This document shows, one piece after another, positions 7,126-16,880 of a stretch of DNA of 22,545 nt (positions within the stretch are counted from its first letter, which is position 1; the number at the start of each line of letters is the position of its first letter). A program made the translations under genes and the position numbers. The stretch covers positions 1 to 22,545 of the forward strand of contig JAGLRQ010000065.1 in the NCBI GenBank assembly GCA_023136205.1, written 5' to 3'. Origin of the DNA: Candidatus Auribacterota bacterium (GTDB lineage Bacteria > Auribacterota > UBA6266). Under the pieces are notes generated by a model. The model worked only from the letters and a program-made list of their open reading frames with translations, ran no database searches and was not told the origin of the DNA.

Positions 7126-7743
7126 CTATTTAGAATAATACTCGACAATTAATTGTTCTTTTATTGAAACGGGAATCTCTTCTCTCGTCGGCAAATGTGT
7201 TACTTGAAACTCTAAATTATCAAAATTAGTTTTCATATAAGGCTGTACCGGCAGCTTGTCTTTAGCTTCTTCTATATAATCCTTATACACTGGTTTAGAG
7301 CGGCTTTTATCCTTCAATTGAACAACCTGATTAGGTTTTACCTGGTAAGAAGGAATGTCCATCTTTTTTTTGCCTACGGTAAAATGCCCATGCCTGACCA
7401 TTTGCCTTGCCGCAACCACGGTCGGAGCAAATCCCGCGCGAAAAACAAGATTATCAAGTCTTGTTTCAATAAGCATTAAAAGGTTGTCTCCCGTTTTACC
7501 CGGCATTTTCGCGGCTTTCTGAAAATATCTTCTGAATTGTTTTTCCAGAAGGCCATACATAAAACGGAGCTTTTGCTTTTCAATCATCATAACGCCAAAC
7601 TCCGACAATTTACGCTGCCGTCTCCTGCCGCCATGTTCTCCGGGAGGATAAGCTTTTTTATGAACTGGACATTTCAAGGAGCCGCATATCGCTTCTCCCA
7701 CTCTTCTACATATTCTGTGTTTTGATCCTAAATGTCTTCCCAT
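7126..7743 (-). CDS. rpsD: 30S ribosomal protein S4 (uS4)
   Basis: The family N-terminus MGRHLGSKHRICRR starts at ATG 7743, with AAGGAGA 7 nt upstream. The ORF-track start at 7773 is an upstream extension. A Cys/His cluster (CRR..C....C..H) is present. Confidence 0.95.
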   Translation of the reverse strand: MGRHLGSKHRICRRVGEAICGSLKCPVHKKAYPPGEHGGRRRQRKLSEFGVMMIEKQKLRFMYGLLEKQFRRYFQKAAKMPGKTGDNLLMLIETRLDNLVFRAGFAPTVVAARQMVRHGHFTVGKKKMDIPSYQVKPNQVVQLKDKSRSKPVYKDYIEEAKDKLPVQPYMKTNFDNLEFQVTHLPTREEIPVSIKEQLIVEYYSK

Positions 7744-7823
7744 TAAAATTATCTCCTTTTTCGGGAATCGCATTTTGATAATTGTTAAAATTTTTACTAT
7801 TCACGATTCACCAATAACTAAAC

Positions 7824-8225
7824 TCAGACTCTTCTCCTTTTGGGAGGCCTGCATCCGTTATGAGGCACAGGAGTAACATCCCTTATAAGTGTTATCTCAA
7901 GTCCTACAGATTGCAGCGCTCTAATAGCTGACTCCCTGCCTGCTCCAGGGCCTTTCACTTTAATCTCCACCTCTTTCATTCCACAGTCCACTGCCTTCTG
8001 CCCCGCATTTTGGGCAACAACCTGGGCAGCAAACGCGGTGCTTTTCCTCGAACCTGAAAATCCTGTTCTCCCCGCGCTGGCCCACGAAATAACATTTCCC
8101 TTTACATCTGTCATAGTCACAATCGTATTGTTAAAGGTCGCCTGAATATGGGCAACTCCTGAAAAAATATTCTTGTGTATTTTTTTAGACAACGTCTTTT
8201 TGGTTTTTACCACCGCTTTTGCCAT
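7824..8225 (-). CDS. rpsK: 30S ribosomal protein S11 (uS11)
   Basis: [10 protein letters not shown]...[15 protein letters not shown]...[16 protein letters not shown] 8225 has AAAGGAGAG 6 nt upstream. The ORF-track start at 8258 is over-extended. Confidence 0.95.
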   Translation of the reverse strand: MAKAVVKTKKTLSKKIHKNIFSGVAHIQATFNNTIVTMTDVKGNVISWASAGRTGFSGSRKSTAFAAQVVAQNAGQKAVDCGMKEVEIKVKGPGAGRESAIRALQSVGLEITLIRDVTPVPHNGCRPPKRRRV

Positions 8226-8291
8226 GTTTTTCTCTCCTTTTAATAATGGCAGCCCCAAACCGAATTTCGTTCTTGTTCGGAGTTAATTTCT

Positions 8292-8675
8292 CTACTTAAG
8301 TCCTGCCGTCTTCTTTTTCCCGGCTATAGTCTTTTTGGGGCCTTTCCTGGTTCTTGCGTTAGTCTTTGTTCTCTGTCCTCTTGCGGGAAGCCCTTTACGG
8401 TGCCTGATACCTTTGTAAGAACCTATCATAAGAAGTCTCTTTATATTGCCCGAAACTTCCCTCCTGAGATCCCCCTCAACCCTAACACTTGTCTGTATAA
8501 CACCGGCAATCTTTTTAACCTCTTCGTCCGAGAGATCTTTCGCCCTTACATTTTCATCTATATTTGCTTCCTTAAGAACCCTTGAAGAAATCTTTCTTCC
8601 TATCCCATAGATATATGTAAGCGCAATTACAATTCTTTTATCTTTTGGTATATCTACTCCTGCTATTCTTGGCAC
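8292..8675 (-). CDS. rpsM: 30S ribosomal protein S13 (uS13)
   Basis: The family N-terminus (M)PRIAGVDIP begins at GTG 8675, with AAGGAGG 5 nt upstream. The ORF-track extension up to 8774 runs through rpmJ in another frame. Confidence 0.93.
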   Translation of the reverse strand: MPRIAGVDIPKDKRIVIALTYIYGIGRKISSRVLKEANIDENVRAKDLSDEEVKKIAGVIQTSVRVEGDLRREVSGNIKRLLMIGSYKGIRHRKGLPARGQRTKTNARTRKGPKKTIAGKKKTAGLK

Positions 8676-8721
8676 TTCATCCTCCTTGTATCGAGTAAGC
8701 TTGGCTATCCAACGAAAATCA

Positions 8722-8835
8722 CTACCCCTGTCTTTGTTTATGTTTTGGATTTGTGCATATAACATGCACAACACCTTTTCTCCTTACTATCTTGCATCTT
8801 TCACAGCGTCTTTTAACAGATGATTTAACTTTCAT
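8722..8835 (-). CDS. rpmJ: 50S ribosomal protein L36 (bL36), zinc-binding form
   Basis: Hand translation gives [37 protein letters not shown] (37 aa, CxxC...CxxxxH). It sits in the canonical slot between infA and rpsM. It is missing from the ORF track because it is under 60 aa. Confidence 0.93.
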   Translation of the reverse strand: MKVKSSVKRRCERCKIVRRKGVVHVICTNPKHKQRQG

Positions 8836-8914
8836 ATATTTTTAACCTTTTTCCCTAAGTCCTAACTACCAAGTTTTAAAATGTTTACAACACATTTCCC
8901 TGCTTTTTATCTAT

Positions 8915-9133
8915 TTATTTCTCCCTGAACGTTATCCTTCCCTTGGAAAGGTCATAAGGAGACATTTCCACCTGAACTTTATCGCCGGGAAGGATTTTGA
9001 TAAAATGCATCCTCATTTTGCCGGAGATATGCGCCAAAATTATATGTCCGTCAGTAAGTTTTACCCGGAACATTGTATTGGGCAGCACTTCTGACACTAC
9101 ACCTTCAACTTTAATTGATTCTTCCTTCGCCAT
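8915..9133 (-). CDS. infA: translation initiation factor IF-1
   Basis: 72 aa. [36 protein letters not shown]...I.ILPGD.V.VE.SPYDL.KGRI matches the IF-1 S1-like fold signature. Confidence 0.97.
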   Translation of the reverse strand: MAKEESIKVEGVVSEVLPNTMFRVKLTDGHIILAHISGKMRMHFIKILPGDKVQVEMSPYDLSKGRITFREK

Positions 9134-9141
9134 ATAAATCC

Positions 9142-9885
9142 TTATCTTGTAAGTATCACAGGGCCTTTGTCCGTTATTGCTATAGTATCTTCAAAATGTG
9201 CCGAAGGCATTTTATCTTTTGTAACCACCGTCCAGTGATCACCAAGAACTTCAACCTCGGAAGTTCCCATGTTAACCATGGGCTCTATGGCAAACACCAT
9301 ACCTATCTCAAGCTGAGGGCCTGTATCCGGCACCCCAAAATTAGGAATTTGCGGATCTTCATGCATCTTTTCGCCTATACCATGCCCCACAAAATCCCTC
9401 ACAACAGAAAACCCGTTATTTCCAACATATTCCTCAATCGAATGCGAAATATCAAACAGCTTATTTTTCTCCGACATATTACTAATAGCAATATCCAGTG
9501 ACTTTTTAGTAACCGCTATCAATTTCTGTTTAAGAGTGCTTATCTGCCCAACGGAATAAGTCCTCGCAGCATCGGAAAAAAACCCTTTGTGAATCGCGCC
9601 CATGTCGATGCTGACAATATCCCCTTCTTCAAGCGCCCGCTTAGATGGAATACCATGAACCACTTCTTCATTTACTGAAACACAAAGCGCCGCGGGAAAT
9701 CCCTTATAACCTTTGAAAGCCGGCTTAATACCCCTCTTTTCCATGTATTCCTCGGCAATCTCATTGAGCGCTTCTGTCGTAATCCCTGGTTTTATCCTGT
9801 TTTCCAGTATTTGAAAGAGCTTTGACAAGATCTTCCCTGAATAACTTATTTTCTCTATCTGTTCAAGGGTTTTTATTGCTATCAT
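9142..9885 (-). CDS. map: type I methionine aminopeptidase
   Basis: Metal-ligand context is present ([34 protein letters not shown]). I prefer ATG 9885 because [13 protein letters not shown] matches the family N-terminus. GTG 9900 is an alternative. Neither start has a clear SD. Confidence 0.9.
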   Translation of the reverse strand: MIAIKTLEQIEKISYSGKILSKLFQILENRIKPGITTEALNEIAEEYMEKRGIKPAFKGYKGFPAALCVSVNEEVVHGIPSKRALEEGDIVSIDMGAIHKGFFSDAARTYSVGQISTLKQKLIAVTKKSLDIAISNMSEKNKLFDISHSIEEYVGNNGFSVVRDFVGHGIGEKMHEDPQIPNFGVPDTGPQLEIGMVFAIEPMVNMGTSEVEVLGDHWTVVTKDKMPSAHFEDTIAITDKGPVILTR

Positions 9886-9914
9886 TATTCTGTATATCAC
9901 TAAAATGTTGTTTA

Positions 9915-10568
9915 CTATTCACAATTATTGTTTATTTCCTTAAGCATCAAGGCATAAGTTCCTTCCTGCGCAAGATCCCCGTCCACTTCCGAAAGCAAGT
10001 TTTTATCCTTATAATAATTAATTAATCCGCCGGTTTCTTTTTTGTAAACTTCGAGGCGGTTAAGCACCGTTTTTTCGCTATCGTCTTCGCGCTGATAAAG
10101 AACCCCGGAACACTTGTCACAGATACCTTCTTTTTTAGGAGGTATGTTCTTTAAATGATAAACAGCCCCGCAATCCTTACATATTCTTCGGCCGCTCAAA
10201 CGGCTGATGACAACCTCCTTCGAAACCTTCAAATATATTACCCTGTTAATACTCCGGTTGACTAAACAAAGTTTTTCTTCAAGCATCTTCGCCTGGTTTT
10301 CATTTCTTGGAAATCCATCAAGCAAAAACCCCTGCCTACTGCCAAAACCGGATATTGCGCCGGCAACAAGTTTAATAACAACTTCATCGGGTACGAGCAG
10401 GCCTTTATCCATATATTCTTTCGCTTCCAACCCGACAGGAGAACCTTTTTTGACCTCTTCCCTTAATATATCGCCGGTTGAAATATGCTTCAAATTAAAA
10501 TCTTTCACCAGCGTTTCGGCCTGCGTACCTTTACCTGCCCCCGGAGCTCCAAGAAGAATAATGTTCAC
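9915..10568 (-). CDS. adk: adenylate kinase with Cys4 zinc-binding lid
   Basis: P-loop GAPGAGKGTQ and lid CKDCG...CDKCSG are present. GTG 10568 gives the canonical M-N-I-I-L-L-G N-terminus, with AAAGGGGAG 9 nt upstream. The ORF-track start at 10574 is a TTG with only a 3-nt spacer. Confidence 0.93.
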   Translation of the reverse strand: MNIILLGAPGAGKGTQAETLVKDFNLKHISTGDILREEVKKGSPVGLEAKEYMDKGLLVPDEVVIKLVAGAISGFGSRQGFLLDGFPRNENQAKMLEEKLCLVNRSINRVIYLKVSKEVVISRLSGRRICKDCGAVYHLKNIPPKKEGICDKCSGVLYQREDDSEKTVLNRLEVYKKETGGLINYYKDKNLLSEVDGDLAQEGTYALMLKEINNNCE

Positions 10569-10570
10569 AA

Positions 10571-11899
10571 TCAAATTCTCCCCTTTAAACGTCCCTTCTT
10601 CACAAAGCCCTCATAATGCCTCATAATAAGATGAGATTCAATCTGTCTCATAGTATCAAGCATTACACCAACAATAATCAGGAGCCCTGTTCCGCCAAAG
10701 AACTGTGAGATTCTGTAATCAACGTTAAAAATGTTGCCTATTATTCGCGGCATAATCGCAATAATCACAATAGCAACCGCACCAACAAATGTAATTTTCA
10801 CCATAACATTTTCGAGATATTCAGCAGTTGGTTTTCCCGGCCTAATACCCGGAACAAACCCTCCATACCTTTTCATGTCGTCCGCGATTTGAATAGGATT
10901 AAACTGCATCGCGGTCCAGAAATAACAAAAAGCCATAATCAGAGCGGCATAAGTAGCTGTATATAAACCGCCGTCGTACGGAAACCATCTGCCTATAAAA
11001 TCCCTGAGCCACTCAATTTTTGTCCACTCCACAATAGTCTGCGGAAACATTAAAATACTTGAAGCAAATATAATTGGTATAACACCTGCCTGGCTCACCC
11101 TTAAAGGAAGAAAACTGGACTGGCCTCCGTAAACCTTTCGGCCGACAATTCTCTTGGCATACTGAACCGGAATTTTTCGCTGCCCCTGGGATACAGCAAC
11201 AACACCTGCAGTTACAAAAACCATAAGTGCTACAAGTATAAGGACCGATCCAAGATTAAGCTGTCCGCTTAAAAACTGATCCTTGGCAAGAAATACGGCT
11301 GAAGGCAGTCTTGAAAGTATGTTTATAGTGATAATAAGAGAAATACCGTTTCCTATGCCTCTCTCTGTTATCTGTTCGCCGAGCCACATCAGAAAAGCCG
11401 TTCCTGCTGTAAGCGTAATCATTGTAATAAGAGTAAATGCCAGCCCCGGATCAGAAACTATCCCAGGGGACTCATTGTTCAGCGTAAGTATAAACTTGTT
11501 ATACATAAGGCCCTGAAACATGGCAAGGACAACAGTTGCATATCTTGTATACTGAGTCAGTTTCTTGCGCCCAAGCTCACCTTCCTTTGCCAGTTTCTCA
11601 AGGAACGGAACAACAGCTACCAGCAGCTGGAAAATAATAGATGCGCTGATATAAGGCATTATTCCAAGCCCAAATACGGTACATTTTGAAAGAGCTCCCC
11701 CGCTGAAAAGATCCATAAGTCCAAAAATTGTCCCGCCTCCTGCTTCCTTCCTTGTAAACCATTCTGCCAGTATCCTGCCATTAACTCCCGGAACAGGGAC
11801 GTACGCGCCCAGCCTGCATACTGCAAGAAGGCCAAAAGTAAAAAAGAGTTTCTTCTTTAACTCGGGAACCTTAAATATGTTTTTAAACGCATCAAGCAC
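10571..11899 (-). CDS. secY: preprotein translocase subunit SecY
   Basis: 442-aa polytopic membrane protein in the canonical slot after rplO. The start is GTG, with GAAGGAG 5 nt upstream. Confidence 0.96.
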   Translation of the reverse strand: MLDAFKNIFKVPELKKKLFFTFGLLAVCRLGAYVPVPGVNGRILAEWFTRKEAGGGTIFGLMDLFSGGALSKCTVFGLGIMPYISASIIFQLLVAVVPFLEKLAKEGELGRKKLTQYTRYATVVLAMFQGLMYNKFILTLNNESPGIVSDPGLAFTLITMITLTAGTAFLMWLGEQITERGIGNGISLIITINILSRLPSAVFLAKDQFLSGQLNLGSVLILVALMVFVTAGVVAVSQGQRKIPVQYAKRIVGRKVYGGQSSFLPLRVSQAGVIPIIFASSILMFPQTIVEWTKIEWLRDFIGRWFPYDGGLYTATYAALIMAFCYFWTAMQFNPIQIADDMKRYGGFVPGIRPGKPTAEYLENVMVKITFVGAVAIVIIAIMPRIIGNIFNVDYRISQFFGGTGLLIIVGVMLDTMRQIESHLIMRHYEGFVKKGRLKGRI

Positions 11900-11949
11900 A
11901 ATAACTCCTTCACAATTGTTGAAAATAACCGCTTTCTGTGTCTTTGATT

Positions 11950-12396
11950 CTATTGAATGATTTCACATTTACCTTTTGCTGCTTCAATTTTCTCTTTAGC
12001 CGAACCGCTGAAAGAATGGGCTTTAATAACAAGCGGCTTTTTCACTTCTCCGGACCCAAGAATTTTTACTTTTGATTTACTCTTTCTTATAATACCTTTC
12101 TCCTCAAGCTGAACAGGATTAATCTCTTCCCCTTCTTTAAAAATATCAAGCTCTTTAAGGTTAACTATTTCAAAACAGGTTTTAAACGCTTTGTTGTTAA
12201 AACCTCTTTTGGGTACATGTCTTATAATCGGCATTTGGCCGCCTTCAAATCCGGGACGGACATTTCCGCTTGTTCTCGCACCCTGGCCTTTATGTCCTCT
12301 GCCTGAAGTGCAGCCTTTTCCGGAACCGGCGCCCTTGCCCTTTCTAATAGGCTTTTTTCTGGCTCCCGGATTATTTTTTAATTTGTCAAGACCCAT
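11950..12396 (-). CDS. rplO: 50S ribosomal protein L15 (uL15)
   Basis: 148 aa with a Gly/Arg/Lys-rich N-terminus (GRGHKGQGARTSG). SD GAGGAG is present. The start lies 3 nt after the rpsE stop. Confidence 0.96.
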   Translation of the reverse strand: MGLDKLKNNPGARKKPIRKGKGAGSGKGCTSGRGHKGQGARTSGNVRPGFEGGQMPIIRHVPKRGFNNKAFKTCFEIVNLKELDIFKEGEEINPVQLEEKGIIRKSKSKVKILGSGEVKKPLVIKAHSFSGSAKEKIEAAKGKCEIIQ

Positions 12397-12399
12397 TTA

Positions 12400-12915
12400 T
12401 TAAACTCCTCTCAGCCTTCTAACCATTCTTTTGTCTCTAAGAGCCAAAAGCCCTTTGAGCGTTGCCCTAACCACATTTCCAGCAGTATTGGACCCCAGAG
12501 ATTTACTTAAAATATCTTTAACACCGGCAGATTCAATAACCGCCCTTACCGCATTGCCTGCGATAACTCCGGTACCCGGAGCAGCCGGCTTAAGAAGAAC
12601 CTTTGCGCCCTTGAAAACTCCAATAATCTCATGTGGAATAGTATTTTTATGCATGGTAATAGCAACCATATTTTTTTTGGCGTCATCGATACCTTTCCGG
12701 ATTGCTTCAGCAACTTCGTTTGCTTTTCCTGTCCCGTAACCAACCTTGCCGTTACCATCCCCGACAACCATAAGAGCACTAAAGCCAAACCTGCGGCCTC
12801 CTTTCACAACTTTCGCCGTCCTGTTTATATGTACAAGCTTTTCAATAAAAGAAGGTCCTTCTTTCTGTTCTATTTTTTGTTTTTGCCTTGATTTTCTCTT
12901 TCTAGCATCTACCAT
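12400..12915 (-). CDS. rpsE: 30S ribosomal protein S5 (uS5)
   Basis: 171 aa. The [32 protein letters not shown] signature is present. SD GGAGGA precedes the start. Confidence 0.96.
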   Translation of the reverse strand: MVDARKRKSRQKQKIEQKEGPSFIEKLVHINRTAKVVKGGRRFGFSALMVVGDGNGKVGYGTGKANEVAEAIRKGIDDAKKNMVAITMHKNTIPHEIIGVFKGAKVLLKPAAPGTGVIAGNAVRAVIESAGVKDILSKSLGSNTAGNVVRATLKGLLALRDKRMVRRLRGV

Positions 12916-12928
12916 TTGTTTCCTCCAA

Positions 12929-13285
12929 TTAGAACTTCAATCCTGCTTCCCGGGCACCCTCAGCCATGGCTTTTACTCTCCCATGATATTTATATCCGGA
13001 TCTATCAAAAATAACTTTTTCTATTTTATTTTTTTTCGCTTTTTCAGCAAGCATCGTACCAAGTTTCTTGGCTGCCGCGACATTACCGCCTTTTTCAGCA
13101 AAGTCTTTTGATAAAGTTGTCAGTTCCATAAGGGTCATACCCCTGTCATCATCAATAAGCTGGGCTGAAAAATGCTTCAAACTTCTGAAAACACAAAGCC
13201 TCGGACATTCTGCCGTGCCTCTAACTTTTTTTCTTATTCTAAAATGTCTTTTCTTCCTTGCTTTTACTTTATCTTTTGATTTCAT
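12929..13285 (-). CDS. rplR: 50S ribosomal protein L18 (uL18)
   Basis: 118 aa. [11 protein letters not shown]...[19 protein letters not shown]...[24 protein letters not shown] is present. Confidence 0.96.
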   Translation of the reverse strand: MKSKDKVKARKKRHFRIRKKVRGTAECPRLCVFRSLKHFSAQLIDDDRGMTLMELTTLSKDFAEKGGNVAAAKKLGTMLAEKAKKNKIEKVIFDRSGYKYHGRVKAMAEGAREAGLKF

Positions 13286-13322
13286 CTAACAATTCTCACC
13301 TCAATCTATAATTCGTGATTAA

Positions 13323-13856
13323 TTACTTAACCGTCTTGCCTGCTTTTCTACGGACATGTTCATCTTGATATTTAATTCCTTTGCCTTGGTAAGGTTCCGG
13401 CGGACAAAAAGCTCTGATTGTTGCTGCTGTCTGCCCCACCAGGTGTTTATCAATGCCGGAAACAATAACCATGTTTTTCTCAACCTTAACTTCAGCTCCG
13501 TTCGGTACCGGATAATTAATAGGATGTGAAAAACCAAGTAAAAGGTTAAGTGTTTTTCCCTGAAGGCTTGCTCGATACCCCACGCCGCTTATTTCGAGAA
13601 CCTTTTTATAACCCTCCGTCAACCCTTTAACCATGTTAGCTATTAATGCCCTCATAAGTCCGTGAAAAGCACGCGCCTGTCTTGTATCAGATTTTCTCAA
13701 AACAATCACCTTGCCATCCTCGACTTTAATTTCTATTCCTAAAGGTATTTGCTGGGTTAAAGACCCTTTTGAACCTTTAACCACTACTTCACTGCCTTTA
13801 ATCTCGACGGTAACTCCAGTCGGTACAGCCACCGGTTGTTTGCCTATCCTTGACAT
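13323..13856 (-). CDS. rplF: 50S ribosomal protein L6 (uL6)
   Basis: 177 aa starting MSRIGKQPV.VP.GV. SD AAGGAG precedes the start. Confidence 0.96.
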   Translation of the reverse strand: MSRIGKQPVAVPTGVTVEIKGSEVVVKGSKGSLTQQIPLGIEIKVEDGKVIVLRKSDTRQARAFHGLMRALIANMVKGLTEGYKKVLEISGVGYRASLQGKTLNLLLGFSHPINYPVPNGAEVKVEKNMVIVSGIDKHLVGQTAATIRAFCPPEPYQGKGIKYQDEHVRRKAGKTVK

Positions 13857-13906
13857 TTACTACTCCTTATTATTTAAAAAAATTTACAGTCCGCGACTGG
13901 CCCGAT

Positions 13907-14305
13907 TTACCAGAGATAGCAAAGAACTTCCCCACCGATATTAGCTTTCTTGGCCTCATCGCCAGTCATTATGCCTTTTGATGTTGACAAAACAGCTACA
14001 CCAATGCCGCTGTAAACATTTGGAATGTTTTTAGCTTCATTGTATTGTCTAAGCCCCGGACGGCTTATTCTTTTTATGCCGGTTATAACCGGCTCATCAT
14101 CTTTTACATATTTCAGATATGCTCTTATCAAACCCTGTTTCTTATCGTCCAGTATATTATAGCCTTTCAAAAAACCCTGTTCCTTCATCACTCGGGCAAT
14201 TTCAACCTTCATTTTGGAAGCTGGTATATCCACAGATTCCAATCTCGCTTTACTCGCATTCCTTATACGCGTCAGCATATCTGCAATAGGATCACTTACT
14301 GCCAT
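13907..14305 (-). CDS. rpsH: 30S ribosomal protein S8 (uS8)
   Basis: 132 aa starting MAVSDPIADMLTRIRNA and ending ...GGEVLCYLW. SD GGAGGAG precedes the start. Confidence 0.96.
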   Translation of the reverse strand: MAVSDPIADMLTRIRNASKARLESVDIPASKMKVEIARVMKEQGFLKGYNILDDKKQGLIRAYLKYVKDDEPVITGIKRISRPGLRQYNEAKNIPNVYSGIGVAVLSTSKGIMTGDEAKKANIGGEVLCYLW

Positions 14306-14338
14306 ATCATTACTCCTCCATTAAAACAATAATGTCAC

Positions 14339-14524
14339 TTACCAACTGGACTTTACCACTCCGGGGATCTGTCCCAGGCCTGATAATTCCCTGAAACATA
14401 TTCTGCATATGCCGAATTTACGCATGTAACCGCGTGGGCGGCCGCAGCGGCTACAGCGGTAATGCCGTCTCACCTTAAATTTTGGAATTCTTTTTGCACT
14501 CTCTACTTTGCATTTCTTTGCCAC
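14339..14524 (-). CDS. rpsN: 30S ribosomal protein S14, short zinc-binding (type Z) form
   Basis: 61 aa with CSRCGRP...CRICFRE (Cys4). The start is GTG, with GGGGAG 6 nt upstream. Confidence 0.95.
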   Translation of the reverse strand: MAKKCKVESAKRIPKFKVRRHYRCSRCGRPRGYMRKFGICRICFRELSGLGQIPGVVKSSW

Positions 14525-14579
14525 AAATTACTCCCCTGTTCGTTTTCTTTGCTTCAACTCACATCGTAATTAATCTATG

Positions 14580-15125
14580 CTATTTCCCTTTACTAAAAGG
14601 CATCCCGCATCCAAGAAGAAGCTCTTTTGCCTCTTCGTCTGTTTGTGCGGTAGTGACAAAAGTAATATCCATCCCCTGGACCCTATGGGCTTTATCCGGA
14701 TCGATTTCGGGAAAGATCAACTGTTCCTCTACTCCAAAGGTATAATTACCCCTGCCATCAAACGAGCCGCTGGGAATCCCTCTAAAATCCCTTACCCTCG
14801 GGAGAGCGACATTTATAAGTCTGTCAACAAATTCATACATCATATTCCCTCTGAGGGTTACCTTACATCCAATGGGAGCCCCCTCGCGCAGCTTAAAACC
14901 CGCAATACTTTTTCTTGATTTTGCAATGGCAGGCTTCTGCCCGGCTATCAGAGCCAGCTCGTTCGCCGCATCCTGGATAACCTTTTTGTCTCTTGCTCCT
15001 TCGCCAACTCCCATATTTACAACAACCTTTTCAAGTTTTGGTATCTGATAAATGTTTTTATATCCAAACTTGTTTTTCAGAGCCGGCTGAATCTCATTTT
15101 TATATAATTCTTTCAATCTTGCCAT
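14580..15125 (-). CDS. rplE: 50S ribosomal protein L5 (uL5)
   Basis: [14 protein letters not shown] matches the family N-terminus at ATG 15125, with GAGGGA 4 nt upstream. The ORF-track start at 15137 is a GTG overlapping the rplX stop. Confidence 0.95.
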   Translation of the reverse strand: MARLKELYKNEIQPALKNKFGYKNIYQIPKLEKVVVNMGVGEGARDKKVIQDAANELALIAGQKPAIAKSRKSIAGFKLREGAPIGCKVTLRGNMMYEFVDRLINVALPRVRDFRGIPSGSFDGRGNYTFGVEEQLIFPEIDPDKAHRVQGMDITFVTTAQTDEEAKELLLGCGMPFSKGK

Positions 15126-15136
15126 ATTTTCCCTCA

Positions 15137-15463
15137 CTAAGACTTATCAAAAACTTCTCCGCACTTTTTGCAGATCCTTGTTCTAGAACCATCTTTCCTT
15201 ATCTCTTTTCTAATTTTTACACCTTTCTTACAAGAAGGGCAGTAAAGTAAAACATTGGAAACACTTATAGAGCTTTCTTTCTGTATAATGCCTCCCTGTT
15301 GATTTTCTCTTGAAGGCTTTGTATGCTTTTTGCGAAAGTTAATGCTCTCTATAATAAGGCGTCCTTTCCCGGGTATAACGCTTAGAATTCTACCGGTTTT
15401 ACCCTTCTCTGCTCCAGCCACCACCTGAACTGTATCGTCTTTTTTTACTCGCATCTTTGACAT
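15137..15463 (-). CDS. rplX: 50S ribosomal protein L24 (uL24) with C-terminal CxxC...CxxC zinc-ribbon-like motif
   Basis: The KOW region is [27 protein letters not shown] 15463 has GGGAG 8 nt upstream, and ATG 15454 is an alternative start. The ORF-track start at 15478 is a TTG. The C-terminal half carries CPSC...CKKC. Confidence 0.93.
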   Translation of the reverse strand: MSKMRVKKDDTVQVVAGAEKGKTGRILSVIPGKGRLIIESINFRKKHTKPSRENQQGGIIQKESSISVSNVLLYCPSCKKGVKIRKEIRKDGSRTRICKKCGEVFDKS

Positions 15464-15488
15464 TCGTAAAACTCCCAATTTGTATTTC

Positions 15489-15857
15489 CTATAAAACTTC
15501 AGGTGCCAGGGACACTATTTTCATATAACTTTTATCCCTGAGCTCTCTTGCAATAGGCCCAAAAATTCTTGTGCCCTTTGGATTTTTTTGATCATCTATA
15601 ATAACAGCCGCGTTTGAATCAAACCTCAAGGTTGATCCGTCTTTCCTTTTTATCCCTTTTTTTGTTCTTACAATAACGGCCCTTATAATTTCTCCCTTTT
15701 TTACCGCACTTCGGGGCATAGCTTCCTTTACCGAAGCAACTATAATATCACCAACACCAGCATATCTGCGTTTTGAACCTCCAAGAACTTTTATACAGCC
15801 GATTTTCTTTGCCCCGGTATTATCAGCAACATTTAATATGGTATTCATCTGAATCAT
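15489..15857 (-). CDS. rplN: 50S ribosomal protein L14 (uL14)
   Basis: 122 aa starting [18 protein letters not shown] and ending ...LAPEVL. Confidence 0.97.
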   Translation of the reverse strand: MIQMNTILNVADNTGAKKIGCIKVLGGSKRRYAGVGDIIVASVKEAMPRSAVKKGEIIRAVIVRTKKGIKRKDGSTLRFDSNAAVIIDDQKNPKGTRIFGPIARELRDKSYMKIVSLAPEVL

Positions 15858-15946
15858 AACTTGCTCTCTTTCTTAAAAAATATTAACCGTTAAAAACACA
15901 AAACAAATCTATTAAAACATTTATTCTCGTGTTTTTAGTTTTCCTT

Positions 15947-16225
15947 CTATTGCTCCTCGATAACAGCTTTCCTGACAACCTTAGAAATGCGCCACCTTTT
16001 TAATTTGCTGATAGGTGATGTTTCAACAATTTCTACAGTATCGCCTACCTTAGCCGTATTGTCCTGATCATGAGCGTAATATTTTTTGTACCTTCTTATA
16101 ACCTTGCCATAAACCGGATGGCGTAAAGTCCTGGACACCCTGACTACCGCGGTTTTGTCCATTTTCGCGCTCATGACTTCACCTACACGAGTTTTGCGAT
16201 ATCCTCTTTTAACCGTTCCTTCCAT
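15947..16225 (-). CDS. rpsQ: 30S ribosomal protein S17 (uS17)
   Basis: 92 aa. [19 protein letters not shown]......HPVYGK.I.R.KKY.AHD is present. Confidence 0.95.
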   Translation of the reverse strand: MEGTVKRGYRKTRVGEVMSAKMDKTAVVRVSRTLRHPVYGKVIRRYKKYYAHDQDNTAKVGDTVEIVETSPISKLKRWRISKVVRKAVIEEQ

Positions 16226-16231
16226 TAATTA

Positions 16232-16438
16232 CTACCCCTTTTTCTTCGCACTATTTGCGATTTCTTTTTTAATTGTAAGCACCCGGGCAATACCTTTTTT
16301 CACTTTGGTTATTTGATCCGGTTTTTCAATCTGCCCAAGACTTGCTTGAACCTTAAGGTTAAACAATTCCTGTTTTGCGTCGGAAAGCCTTTTATCAAGC
16401 TCCGTTTCCGTTAACTCTCTTATCTTCTCTATTTTCAT
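16232..16438 (-). CDS. rpmC: 50S ribosomal protein L29 (uL29)
   Basis: 68 aa. IRELT..EL...L.....ELFNL+.Q...GQ is present, and the gene sits in the canonical slot between rplP and rpsQ. Confidence 0.93.
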   Translation of the reverse strand: MKIEKIRELTETELDKRLSDAKQELFNLKVQASLGQIEKPDQITKVKKGIARVLTIKKEIANSAKKKG

Positions 16439-16460
16439 TTAAAAAACCCTTCTTCAATGT

Positions 16461-16880
16461 TTAAGCCAAATCTTTTCTAGAAACAAACCTGGTTCTTATC
16501 GGCAATTTGCTCGCGGCGAGCCTCATCGCTTCCTGGGCAATATTTTCAGTTACCCCTTCTATTTCAAAAAGAATTTTACCAGGGTTTACCGGACATACCC
16601 AGCCTTCAACAGAACCTTTTCCTTTTCCCATTCTTACTTCAGCAGGTTTCTTCGTCATGGGTTTGTCGGGAAATAGCCTTATCCAGATTTTCCCTTTTCT
16701 CTGTATAAACCGTGTCAGGGCAACACGAGCGGCTTCTATTTGAACATTCGTAATCCACTCACGCCCAAGTGACTGAATTGCGTATTCTCCAAAGTGTATT
16801 TCACTGTTGCCCTTGGAAAGGCCTCTCATTCTGCCCTTCTGCATTTTTCGGTGTTTTACTCTTTTAGGCATTAAAGGCAT
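16461..16880 (-). CDS. rplP: 50S ribosomal protein L16 (uL16)
   Basis: 139 aa starting [27 protein letters not shown] lies 6 nt upstream of ATG 16880. The gene overlaps the 3' end of rpsC by 17 nt, or by 8 nt if ATG 16871 is the start. Confidence 0.95.
   Translation of the reverse strand: MPLMPKRVKHRKMQKGRMRGLSKGNSEIHFGEYAIQSLGREWITNVQIEAARVALTRFIQRKGKIWIRLFPDKPMTKKPAEVRMGKGKGSVEGWVCPVNPGKILFEIEGVTENIAQEAMRLAASKLPIRTRFVSRKDLA

Noticed and set aside
12546-12788. Same-strand nested ORFs in alternative frames: 12546-12788 in rpsE, 13319-13537 in rplF, 17919-18128 across rpsS/rplV, 21010-21207 in rpsJ, and 3138-3326 in the peptidase
   Set aside because: Each sits inside or across a conserved gene in another frame. 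None has an SD, and all have odd composition. They are most simply explained as chance open frames.
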